Assembly (NCBI RefSeq): GCF_039654945.1
Contig: NW_027361827.1
Coordinates: forward strand, 1,550,001 to 1,614,000
Reading direction: 5' to 3'
DNA: 64,000 nt
DNA from: Dendrobates tinctorius
Taxonomy: Eukaryota
This document shows positions 52,162 through 64,000 of the stretch, piece after piece. Below the pieces are notes generated by a model. It was not told the origin of the DNA. It made no database searches and saw nothing but the letters and a program-made list of their open reading frames with translations. The position numbers were made by a program, and so were the translations under genes. Position 1 is the stretch's first letter, and every line of letters begins with the position of its first letter.

Positions 52162-53113
52162 AAGACTATATTAAATGCAAACGTACCTGAAGCATTTCTG
52201 AAATACTCCCATGGTGCCTGAAGGGCGAGCGCAGATAAAGGCCGACCAGGTTCGGACAACATCCTGACATTTCAGATCTGACCTCCACACTGTCAAACCA
52301 GCAACCATGGATGAAGGGTGAAACAGGCCAAGACCGATGCATAATCAAGTGGAGCCTATGAGGGAGGGTAGGGCTGCTGTAAGTGTGTACAATAGCCTAG
52401 ATCAATGACGATAAAGACAGATAAAATGGTGTGCATAACCAAGCACGCACGGCAAAAAGTGGGGGTCAGCCACAAACCAATATCAAAAAAGCCTAGAAGC
52501 CAGCGCTGCCTATGTTTAGTACGCAATACATAAAGTTCATATGCATATATTGGTTTCTAACTACTTTAAACCGAGACATTTGGTAAACAATAGATCAATT
52601 CTTTGAGCCATCCGCCACGTCACGGCATTCTCAGATGAGGCAGTCCTACTCTACGTTTTTTTATGTACGCTGTGCCATGTCGGCCTCCCCCATAGGCTCT
52701 ATTTGAATATGCACCTGTGTCTGGTCCTATTTCACCCTTCATCTATGGTTGCTGGTTTGGCAGTGTGGAGGTCAGATCTGAAATGTCCAGATGTCATGTC
52801 CAGACCTCGTCTGCCTCTATCTGCGTTTGCCCTTCTGGCGCCATGGGAGTGATTCAGAAATGCTTCGGGTATGTTTGCATTTAATATTGTCTTTTTTTAA
52901 TACATTTAAAAGGCCGTAATGGCACCGCGTATATAAAAAACAGAGTAGGACTGTCCCATATGAGAATGCTGTGACGTGACGGGGTGGCTCAAAGAATTGA
53001 TCAATTGTTTGCTAAATGTCTCATTTTAAAGTACAGTTAGAAATCAACATGTGCATATGCACTTTATGTATTGTGTGCTGACCATAGGCAGCGCTGGCTT
53101 CTTGGCTTTTTTT
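52162..53113. repeat. Interleaved inverted duplication (A-B-A'-B'), possibly Penelope-derived
   Basis: 52162-52368 pairs with 52683-52893; 52484-52686 pairs with 52911-53113. Confidence 0.85.
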
Positions 53114-53128
53114 TATCATATGTTACAT

Positions 53129-54000
53129 ACCCACAAGGTGGAACTCCACCTTGGACATGATGGAGACTGTGCATACAGCAGAAGGCAATACTGGAGTTTG
53201 AAATGGAGTACGTAGGATTGCTCTGCAAAACAACACCATTTCTCGACCAACGAGTGGTCTTCCATGCTGGACATGTGTGCCGTATTGCGCTTCGCCACCA
53301 AGATGGCCAGCACTGATGACGCATCATCAGCGTTACTATCCCACATCTATGCCTCCTAGAAAAAACAAAGCTTAAGGTAATGATTGATAAAGTGGTGGCA
53401 CAAGTAGAAGACGAGGAGGAACAGGGACCATTCAGAACATTATCAGGCCAGGCATCCACACATCTTTGAGGATGTGTTCCTGTACCAACAGCAGCAAGGT
53501 ACACAAATGTCCAGCCAGGGCTCAGGTTTGGAAGAGGATGAGGAACAATTGTGTTCAGGGCAGGGTGGTACTCAAATCAGCTCACTGGCATCACTGGAGC
53601 ATGGCTGGGGGATACAGATGATAAGACACAGACGCTACACCTCCCACCGAAGACAGCTTGTCGTTGTCTATGGGCAACCTGGTACACATGAGGCAATACA
53701 TGCTGCTCTGCCTGCGCAATGACCACCAAGTTGCACGGCTTGTTACAAGTGCTGATTATTCTGTGGCCAGCCTCCTGGATCCCCACTACAAGCACAACAT
53801 GTCATTCTTATTTCCGCCACTAGAGCAGGATCCTAAAATGTGGGAATTCAAGCACATGCTGGTAGATGCACTACTGACTGCTTCCTTACCTGACATTGGG
53901 GGCTCAGTGGAAGCACAAGCCACAGGAGGAGGAAGTCGCCAGCGCAGCTGGGAAAGGGATGGTTAGCTTGGCAATAATATGCAAAACCTTGCTCAGCATG
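53129..54000 (+). pseudogene. Decayed hAT (Ac/ZBED-like) transposase fragment
   Basis: PTRWNSTL and VASLLDPHYK motifs in different frames, with an acidic linker between them. Confidence 0.8.
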
Positions 54001-54899
54001 TCTCAACATCCAGCACCATCACCTGATAGAGGGTGTTTAGCAGAGTACCCACACAGGATTTTATAGCACAGACACGGTTCCATAGTAGAAAAATTTGTTT
54101 TTACACACAGTACTCCCACAGATACAGGTATAGAGGCAGAGTATAATTTTTCGTTAAGCACACTAATTTCACAAACACAGCTGCAGAATACAGAGCTGCT
54201 TTTAGGCACATTATTTTTTTTAAGGAACAGTACAACTTGTACAGATACAGCAGCTGAGTAAAAAACAAATTTGTTTCAGACACACTACTCACAAAAAGAC
54301 GGCTGCAGAGTTGAGTAACTTTTTTGAAACACTACTCTTCTAGACACAGCAATAGAGCAAAATTATTTTTAGGCCCACAAATGAGAAAGAAAGAGACTGC
54401 TGAAGGGTAGATATTTTTTTTTTTAGACACACTACTAGTTAAAAAGACTATTCAGAGTATACAGATTTTTTTAGACGCACTGCTCAACAAATAACGCTGC
54501 AGAGGACAAGTCAGCTGATGTTAATTGTTTATTTCCCAGACTACTAAAAACATACACGGGGCAAAAAAAATATTTATTTGGCCTAGAAATGGCCACGAAA
54601 TGGCTGATGAAAATTATTTTTTCTCACAAACTAATAGAAAACACACAGTGATCCTGAAACATTATTTCTTTGGCCTACTAATGGCATAGAGATGGCTGAT
54701 GCCAATTTTTTATATCCCAGACTAATAAGAATACAGGTCAGTCTGGAAAAATTCTTTTTGGGGCCTAGAAATGGCAACGAGACCGAGGATGTGATATATT
54801 GATTTGCAAAAGTAGTGCAAAAAAACACAGCAAGCCTGAAAAATTATTTTTGGGGCCTACTAATAGCAATGAGATGATGACACCAATCAATTATTTCTC

Positions 54900-56250
54900 A
54901 GACTACTAGAAAACACACAGCGGCTTAAGGTAATAGTACTCCCACAGGCGGGGAGTGCAGAGTACACACAGCAGCTTAAATGAACAGTACTCCCATAGGC
55001 AGAGGGTGCAGAGTACACACAGAATCTTTCAGCACAGTAGTCTCATACCGAACCAAAAGAAAAAACCCGAATTTATGGTCAACAGTAAGAATATTTAAAA
55101 TAATTAAAATATTAAAACATAAATGAGATTAAAATACCTTTATTATATAATAGTGGTACATACATATAGAAAAGCAATGTGTGCTCAAATTGATTAAAAT
55201 ATATACCTATATAGGTTTAGTAAACAGCATACACAACGGTCCACATATATGAAAAAATGTGTAATTACACCTTCTTTATATTTGCCCTATGGGAAAGTGA
55301 CATAAAATAAAGAGCCAAACCTAATATATCTAGGCTCAAAGGGATGTCTGTGTATTCAAGACAAAAGTACAAAAGTGAAATATAAACCAACAAAGGTGGA
55401 GGGTGCAGAAAACACACAGCAGCTTAAAGCACAGTACTCCAACAGGTGGGGGTGCAGAGTACACAGAAGCTTTTAGCAGAGTACTACCACAGGCGGAGGG
55501 TGCAGAATATACACAGCAGCTTAAAATACAATACCCCCACAGGCAGAGGGTGCAGATTATACACAACAGCTTAAAGGACAGTACTCCCACAGGTGGGGGT
55601 GCAGAGTACATACAGAAGCTTTTAGCAAAGTACTCTCACAGATGGGTTTTCAGAGTACACACAACGGCTTAAAGGACAGTACTCCCACAGGCGAAGGATG
55701 CAGAGTACACACAGTGGCTTAAAGCACAGTACTCCCAGTTTGGGGGTGCAGAGCACACACAGAAGCTTTTAGCAGAGTTGTCCCACAGGTGGAGGGTGCA
55801 GAATTTTACACAGCAGCTTAAAAGCACAGTTCTTCCACAGGTAGGGGGTTCAGAGTATACACAGCAACTTAAAGGACAGTACTCCCACAGGTGTAGGGTG
55901 CAGTGTACACATAATGGCTTAAAGGACTGTACTCCCACAGGTGGGGGGTGCAGAGTATACACAATGGCTTAAAGTACAATACTCCCACAGGTGGAGGGTG
56001 CAGAGTACACACAGCAGCTTTTAGCACAGTACTCTCACAGATGGATTTAAAGGATAGCACCACTACAGGCAGGGGGGTGCAGAGTATACACAGCGGCTTA
56101 TGGATAGTACTCCCACAGGCAGAGCGTGCAAAGTATGCACAGCAGCTTTTAGCACAGTACTCTCACAGACAGGTTTGCAGAGTACACACAGCGACATTTA
56201 CCACAGAAACAGCACATATAGGAGTTGCAGAGTACACACAGCGTTTTTGC
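54900..56250. repeat. About 50-bp minisatellite (CACAGTACTCCCACAGGCGGAGGGTGCAGAGTACACACAGCAGCTTAAAG)n, interrupted at about 55045-55385
   Basis: Direct tandem units; older degenerate units extend back to about 54040. Confidence 0.9.
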
Positions 56251-56859
56251 AGAATGTGCAGTCAGAATCTATCACTCACTCCAGTTGCATCCTTACACTA
56301 ATAAGAGCATAATGGTGGCAGCACTCGTGATCCGGCATTTATACAGGGAGCATCACGTGCCGTGCCGGCCAATCAGAACCATGCCAATACTTGGCATGCC
56401 TGTAGGGCTGAAATTACGGGCAGGCAGACCTGGCAGCTGCCAAGTGTCCCCGCTCCTCCAGGGGCCCCCAAACAGTGGCGTGCAGCTAATAGTGGCACAC
56501 CACGCGGCCACTATGGGGCCCGTAAGTAAGATGGGCGAAGATCCGCCCCTGCATCGCGCATTAAACTTATCGGCATCATAGATGCCGACACAGTTGAAAG
56601 CAGTGATAGAGGAGAGAGCGTCAGATAATGCTCCCTCTCCCATCACTCCCGCTCTGCTTCTGACTCACCATGCTTCAACAGTGGAGCTGATGAGACACTC
56701 TGCAAAAGCCAGTGCAGCGGGGGAATGAGGAATGAGGAGAGTTACATATTGTGTGTATGCATTATTGTGAATGTGGGGGGCTGCATTATACTGTTGTGTG
56801 GAGGGGGCTGAATTATACTGTGTGTGGAGGGGGTTGTATTATACTGTATGTGTGTGTTT

Positions 56860-57365
56860 ATAGAGAAAAAATGGAGTAGCCATAAACCACAAAAAAAATT
56901 TGTAAATTGCATAGAAAATGAATCTTTATTATAATATATTAAAATTTATCAAACATTTATAAATATATACGAGGTAGACTGAAGGAGCAATCCAGAAAAA
57001 ATAGCATGTGAGGAGTCACCATTACAAGTACAGGGTAGGGCAAAAAAACATACGGTAAGTGTAGGTGAGATTACAAACCTCAATGTGCAGAGTCCTACAA
57101 AAATATTGCAATATACCCAGATTATTGTACTAGAACGCTACATAAGGGTGCCCAAGTAGAAAAGTCACCATCTACACATTAACAATTGGAGCATATGCAA
57201 ATAAAGGCCATATAGAATCCCAGGGGATAATACCCATAGTGTCATATATGCTCATTGCCACTTTCCCATGATGTAAATATGAAGAGGGGGACGCCTCGCT
57301 GTTAACCCAGACGCACATTTCGCCACAGCTTTATCAAGGGGAGGTGTCTGTCTGATATCGCAAGC

Positions 57366-57404
<39 letters not shown>

Positions 57405-58000
57405 CATACAAAGTCCCAGGTGCCGGTAATCACAGTGGCGCATGCCGAGTGGGGTCGGGCGGCGTCTGCAGAATGGTCTGCCGCCATCAAAAGGGTCGCG
57501 TGTATTCGTGGTAAACAACCACCCATATGACGTCATTGTAATGCGCGCGACTCATAATAGATGGCCGGAACATAGTGCGCCGATACCGACCGCACTGCGC
57601 ACGCGCACAGGACCGCGCCCATTTTTTTGTGGACCAAAAGCGGGCAGCCATAATAAAAGAGTCTCTCCACAAGTATTTTACTATGGCCCACTAGATGCAT
57701 ATCGTAAATCTAAAGGAACAGGATAACCGCCAATGGCCCAGACCTCAAGGCACAACCAAATACGCCTACTATATACATATTAGTTGAAAATCGAAAGTGT
57801 GGATATTCTCATAATTAGACAATAAGTAGTAAAAATACTGCAACATAACAAATCAAATGGAAATAAATTACAAAAATTTTTTGCAATATCTATATATGAA
57901 CAGTACATTAGCTTGCTTATTATTAACAACCAAATAAAAGAGACATCCTCCCATAATGAGTTTCCATCAATCATATTCAATGGGATATGAAAAAAGGATG
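56860..58000 (-). mobile_element. Penelope-like terminal repeat remnant
   Basis: Minus-strand AATAAA near 56925, degenerate hammerhead at 57306-57341, inverted partial copy at 60958-61102. Confidence 0.5.
57306..57341 (-). ncRNA. Degenerate minimal hammerhead, U3-A8 variant
   Basis: CCCC-UUGAUAA-A-GC(ugug)GC-GAAA-UGUGCG-UC-UGGG. Confidence 0.5.
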
Positions 58001-58009
58001 ATAGTTTTA

Positions 58010-60819
58010 CATAGGGCTCCCTCCGGGCTCCCTCCGTGCTTCCCTGAGCCCCCCACGGCAGCGCAATGTGCAGCGCTGCTGCGGGGGACTCCTTTCCTGC
58101 AGGTCCCCGGATCCAATATGGCGACGGGGACCTCCGGGGGCCTGCAGGAAGCTGGCTTCCTCAGTGCCTGCAAAGCGCAGGCATGAGGAAGCCTGTGCAG
58201 TGCCTGTGACAGATCGCTGATCTGTCACAGTGATCTGTGATGTGACAGATCAGCGATCTGTCACAGGACAGTTATGCCCCCCTGGGACATTGTAATAAAG
58301 TAAAAAAAAAAAAAAAGTGTAAAAATAATTTAAAAAAAAAATCGCTAAACAAATTAAAAAAAATAAATAAATAAATATTCCCCAATAAATTCATTTTTTG
58401 GAAATAAAAAAAAACACAATAAAAGTACACATATTTGGTATCGCCGCGTCCGTAACGACCCGCCCTATAAAACTGTCCCAATAGTTAACCCCTTAAGCGA
58501 ACCCCTTAAAAAATAAAAATAAAAAACGAAGCAAAAAATTATGATTTTATCATCATACCGCCGAACAAAAAGTGCAATAACGCGCAATCAAAAAGACGCA
58601 TATAAATATCCATGGTACCGCTGTCAACGTCATCTGGTCCCGCAAAAAACGAGCCTCCATACAGCATCATCAGCGAAAAAATAAAAAAGTTATAGCTCGC
58701 AGAATAAAGTGATGCAAAAATAATTATTTTTTATATAAAATTGTTTTCATTGCATAAAAGCGCCAAAACATAAAAAAACTACCTAAATGAGGTATCGCTG
58801 TAACCGTACTGACCCAAAGAATAAAACCGCCTTATAAATTTTACCGCACCCGGAACGGCGTAAACGCACCATCCAAAAGAAATTCATGAAACGCTGGTTT
58901 TTGTAAATTCTGCGTCCCAAAAAACGAAATAAAAAGCGATCAAAAAATGTCACATGCCCGAACATGATACCAATAAAAGCGTCAACTCGTCCCGCAAAAA
59001 ATAAGACCTCACATAACTCGGTGGGTCAAAATATGGAAAAATTAGAGCTCTCAATATGTGGTGATGCAAAAACTATTTTTACAATAAAAAGCGTCTTTTA
59101 GCATGCAACAGCCGCCAAGCATAAAAACCGCCATAAATAGTAAATCAAACCCCAAGTTATCACCCCCTTAGTTAGGGAAAAATAATAAAATAAAAAAAAT
59201 GTATTTATTTCCATTTTCCCATTAGGGTTAGGGCTAGGGTTAGGGTTAGAATTGGGGGTTTCCACTATTTGCGCACATCAGGTGCTCTCCAAACGCAACA
59301 TGGCGTCTGATCTCAATTCCAGCCAATTCTGCGTTGAAAAAGTCAAATGGTGCTCCTTCCCTTCCAAGCTCTGCCATGCACCCAAACAGTGTTTTACCCC
59401 CTCATGTGGGGTACCAGCCTACTCAGGACAATTTGCAAAACAACTTTTGGGGTCCTATTTCTCCTGTTGCCCTTAGGAAAATAAAAATTTGGGGGCAAAA
59501 ATATCATTTTTGTGGAAAAAAAATATTTTTTTATTTTCACGCCTGGGCGTTATAAACTTCTGTGAAGCACTTGGGGGTTCAAAGTTCTCACCACACATCT
59601 AGATAAGTTCCTTAGGGGGTCTAGTTTCCAAAATGGTGTCATTTGTGGGGGGTTTCCACTGTTTTGGTACATCAGGGGTTTTCCAATCGCGACATGATGT
59701 TCGATCTCAATTCCAGCCAAAAACGTCAAATGGCGCTGCTTCCCTTCCGAGCTCTGCCATGCGCCCAAATAGTGGTTTACCCCCACATGTGGGGTATCAG
59801 CGTACTCAGGACAAATTGCACAATAACTTTTAGGGTCCTGTTACCCTTGGGAAAATAAAAATTGGGGTGAAAAGATCATTTTTGTGGAAAAAATATGATT
59901 TTTTAATTGTACCGCTGTACGTTATAAACTTCTGTAAAGCCCTTGTGGGTTCAAAGTTCTCACCACATATCTAGATAAGTTCCTTGGGGGGTCTAGTTTC
60001 CAAAATGGGGTCACTTGTAGGGGGTTTCCACTGTTTAGGTACATCAGGGACTCTCCAAACGTGACATGGCGTCCGATCTGAATTCCAGCCAATTTTGCAT
60101 TGAAAAAGTCAAACGGCGCTCCTTCCATTCTGAGCTCTGCCATGCGCCGAAACAGTCGTTCCCCCCCACATATCAGGTATCAGCGTACTCAGGACAAATT
60201 GCAAAATAACTTTTACAGTCCAATTTCTCCTGTTACCCTTGGTAAAATAAAAAAAATTGAACCTGAAGTATTTTTTTTGTGAAAAAAAGTTAGATGTTCA
60301 TTTTTTTTTTTAAATATTCAAAAAAATTCCTGTGACGCACCTAAAGGGTTAATAAACTTCTGGAATGTTGTTTTGAGCACCTTAAGGGATCCTAAAAATA
60401 AAATGGTGTTGTAAAAATGAGAAATCGCTGGTCAACTTTTAACCCTTATAACTTCCTAACAAAAAAAAATTTTGGTTCCAAAATTGTGCTGATGTAAAGT
60501 AAACATGTGGGAAATGTTAGTTATCAAGTTTTTTGTGTGCCGTATCTCTGTGATTTAAGGGCATAAAATTTCAAAGTTGGAAAATTGCGAAATTTTCAAA
60601 ATTTTCGCCAAATTTCCATTTTTCTCACAAATAAACGCAAGTTATTTGAATGAAATTTTACCACTAACATGAAGTACAATATGTCACGAGAAAACAATGT
60701 CAGAATCACCGGGATCCATGGAAGCGTTTCAGAGTTATGACCTCATAAAGGGACAGTGGTCAGAATTGTAAAAATTGGCCCGGGAGTTAACGTGCAAACC
60801 ACCCTTGGTAGTGAAGGGG
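58010..60819. mobile_element. piggyBac-like non-autonomous element, left end missing; internal 370-390 bp tandem units and (TTAGGG)4
   Basis: Ends AAGGGG-TTAA; collinear similarity to 25643-30818; GGGGTTTCCACT recurs near 59255, 59649 and 60021. Confidence 0.85.
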
Positions 60820-61151
60820 TTAATGTCCAGAAAATTGATGTCAAGTTGAAAGGCATGTCCACAGTAGATTCTGCATATTGGCCAACATGCTGTGATAAGA
60901 CTTCCGGGAACAAACTCTCAACCAATGTGAGAAACAGAATTATAAATGTGTGATAACTATGTTGCAGTATTTTTACTACTTATTGTCTAATTATGAGAAT
61001 ATCCACATTTTCGATTTTCAACTAATATGTATATGGTAGGCGTATTTGGTTGCGCCTTGAGGTCTGGGCAGTTGGCGGTTATCCTGTTCCTTTATATTTA
61101 CGCACATGAGCAGCCCACGTAATACAATACGCTAGTCTGAATGAGTCCTTA

Positions 61152-61702
61152 CACTGATAAAGAACCACAGAAAACACCACAACCTGGACAATGCTGATGA
61201 GTTTTTATTAAGAAATTACAAATACATTTTCATGTGTCAGTTTGCATTAATTTCTTTGATTGATTACAAAGGTCTACAAAAATCTTTTCAGGTGCCAAGT
61301 GTTCTTGAATGGATGTAGGGTATCTTGATGGGGCTGAATTCAAAAATCCCATTAGTTTTGCTGCATTTGTTCTAGTTTTTTTTTTTATATAATTCCTCCG
61401 TGAAAATAATGCAATCCCCCAATGTGACTTGTGTGTGATAACAATAGCTTTCGGTCTTTTGACTCTTTATCTGCATCTTAGGTAATGAAATATCCCATAT
61501 ATTTATATTGCATTTCAATTTGTAGGCTCACAATGTTGTAAAAGTGACATTTTGAAGCCAGAATTCTGCTGTAATTAATTCTTAAATATCTCAGGAACAA
61601 GAGCCAACCTTGCAAAACTGAAGTCATATTCCTAATCAGCACCATAAACTTAACATAAAACCTTTCAGACCTCGTTGGCACCAAAATCACTGTATACCAG
61701 TG
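61152..61702. mobile_element. Chapaev3-like non-autonomous DNA element
   Basis: TTA-CACTG ... CAGTG-TTA; subterminal GCTGAATTCAAA / TTCCTAATCAGCACC motifs. Confidence 0.45.
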
Positions 61703-62009
61703 TTATTGCATTTATTTATTAAAAAACAAAATAGAAATTATTATTGATTAAAATAGTGGTTTACAAAACTTTTCTATTCCCCCATTAACACTAAATGTTA
61801 TAAAATAAATTTCAAAGTTGATCTGTTAGTAATACACTCTTTTGGTCACAATAACTTTCCTAAAAAAGTGCCAAAGAAATGATCAAAAAATTAACATATG
61901 CACTGCAATATCAAAACTACCGTACTTGCTACTCGTATGTTTAGTATTTATGAGCTTTCTTTAATCACGTCATGCAAAGACGTGAAGCGTCTAAAAGATG
62001 AGACCTGAC

Positions 62010-62297
62010 TAGTGGTGAGTATGCTCGTTGGTCGGGTTTTCCCGAGCATGCTCGGGTGTCCTCTGAGTATTTTGGCGTGCTTGGAGATTTTGTTTTCGTC
62101 GTCTCAGCTGCATGATTTGCGACTGCTAGACAGCTTGAATACATGTGAAGAATGCCTGTTTGTTAGGGAATTCCCACATGTATTCAGGCTGTCTAGCAGC
62201 CATAAATCATGCGGCTGAGGCAACAGAAACTAAATCTCAGAGCACGCCAAAATACTCGGAGGAAAACCCAAGAAACGAGTATACTCGCTCATCACTA
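62010..62297. mobile_element. hAT-type MITE (TAGTGATGAG family)
   Basis: Perfect 8-bp TSD GACCTGAC; palindromic body; same family as 37329. Confidence 0.9.
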
Positions 62298-62767
62298 GAC
62301 CTGACCATTCTTCAGGCAGCTTCTGCTTGGAAGCCAATCGCTATGGTATACATAACTAAGGAAGAAAAATAGGCAGGCACAAACAAAAAGAGGCTTCAGG
62401 AAAAACACTGTTGGTGTGTGTCTGAAGTGTCTTCTTTTAGCAAAACCTTGTGGGTATGCCGACATCTAAAAGATGCTGAGAGCACTTTCCTTATAGTGGA
62501 CCTCTAAGGTTCATGCTACGTAGCAACATGTGCCACGCGACACTGAAATCGCAATATTGGATGTACCGATTCTCACCGGTGTTCCGTTGCAACCTGCTGG
62601 TGTAGAATTTTCTGTCTCTGGCCACAAGTCACACATGAGATACAGTCAGCTTGGCTGTTTTATTTACCGCAATCACATGTCTAAAATAGTCCCATGGCTG
62701 AAAATTGCTGTCACGTGTTGCCCTAGTCTTAGGGTGTGAAGTCGCTATGGTAAATTCTATGCACACA

Positions 62768-62822
62768 CATGTATAGGCCAGACGAAGCACAGAGCAGAGC
62801 GAAACGGCCGTCGCCTACATGC
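62768..62822 (+). ncRNA. Degenerate minimal hammerhead with a U4A core change
   Basis: UAGGC-CAGACGA-A-GC...GC-GAAA-CGGCCG-UC-GCCUA. Confidence 0.5.
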
Positions 62823-64000
62823 ACCAGCTTCCTCCTGCTGTATTCTAGCTGCCACATTTTTTATACAAAATAAAGAAACAAGATACTCATGGCGAGTGCC
62901 AATTTTTTTTTCTTCCTTATTTTAATGGACTGTCTTTTTTTCATGCTGAGCATCATCTGTTGTCATCTTTGCACAGTGGTCGGTGTCATTTGTTGCACGT
63001 CCGGTTACATTTGTCTCGTTCAGTCGCTTTCACCCGCAAGTTCTGCAACTCTCTCGTTAATCTGAAGCAATCATATTCAGATGAATGGAACCAATTTTCA
63101 ATTGCAGAAACTCCCTCAAGAAAATCTGCAACATGAAATTTCGCCTTTGTACATCTGAATTTGTGGTTTCCGCACCATGTGCGTGACTTTCCTTACACAG
63201 TGCTGCCACAAATGTGCCATTTGGGGTGTACCCTTACCGTAGCTGCATTGCTTTCTGCTAAACGTACAGTTCATGTTTGAAAAACAAGTCACGCTACACA
63301 TTAGCAGTAAAAAACGTGCTCACCTGAAACCAGAACTATAGTACGCCACCTAGACAACACCAACCATGTCTGGCAGCGTACATGAAATCTCAGCCACTTG
63401 CGAACAATAGTCTTTTATCGCCATCACGAAGTAGTTTCACACTGGTACATCTGTTTGGGAAAGTTGCCTAAGTGAGTGGTTTACCTATTTATGGATATCT
63501 TTCCAATAAATGCAATAGCACTAAAGTCAGAAACGTCGCGCTCTTCTCTGATTACATTTGCTCAGTAGTATATATATATATAAAAAACCTCTAGCGGGCT
63601 AATCTTGAACAAGTTGATCGTCATGTTTTTCATTCTCAGCTGCCAATTCTGCTTTTAATCTTTTATAGTCCGTATGAAAAAAGATGATAAATATGCAGGC
63701 TCCGATGCTGCAAATCCCCGCCATTACTAATGTTGCAACTGTTGGAAAAAAAATGCAAGTGATTAAAAAGCAAGCCGATATTTAGTGGTGATAAAACATT
63801 GCAGTACGAGAGCGGAAAGGGATCTTCCCACTGTGACATTCCAATTGACATGCCACTATTGGCATTGCCCACCGCATCTTTTCTGTTAAAAATCGGTCCA
63901 TGATGGCATTAGAGCAAAGAAGACCATATACTCACCTGCCACCCTCCCGCTGTTTGGAAGGATTGTGAAGGCTGAAGCCAATGTGTGATGCTCCCCAGCA

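Noticed and set aside
52600-52650. Minus-strand CUGAGAA-U-GCC...GGC-GGA resembling a hammerhead
   Set aside because: GAAA box and cleavage triplet are missing and position 8 does not pair with C3
62986-63192. 68-codon stop-to-stop minus-strand frame with protein-like composition
   Set aside because: No start codon, no confident splice sites, no family I recognise, and the length is expected by chance; BLASTX would settle it

Overview
Vertebrate nuclear genomic DNA, most likely from a frog (inferred from the repeat families), not prokaryotic. The + strand carries the last 13 coding exons of diacylglycerol kinase theta (DGKQ) between 1075 and 34890. All introns are GT-AG and phase-consistent, and the exons encode the RA/PH-like region plus the complete catalytic and accessory domains. 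A probable long 3' UTR follows. Most of the remaining sequence is transposon-derived: several Tc1/mariner copies (one near-intact DD34E, one DD38E), non-autonomous elements resembling piggyBac, Kolobok/T2, PIF-Harbinger, hAT and Tc2, a decayed hAT transposase, CR1, L2, a V-SINE, two minisatellites and Penelope-like fold-back remnants. There is a 133-nt N gap. The most notable signal is a set of minimal type I hammerhead ribozyme motifs. One has an intact core and lies in sense orientation inside a DGKQ intron, clamped by a perfect 27-bp inverted repeat; two degenerate variants lie downstream. These resemble known Penelope- and retrozyme-type hammerheads, so any novelty would be at family level. 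I found no CRISPR array, rRNA, tRNA or second protein-coding gene. Repeat family names come from terminal motifs and target-site duplications (TSDs) read by eye, not from database searches.
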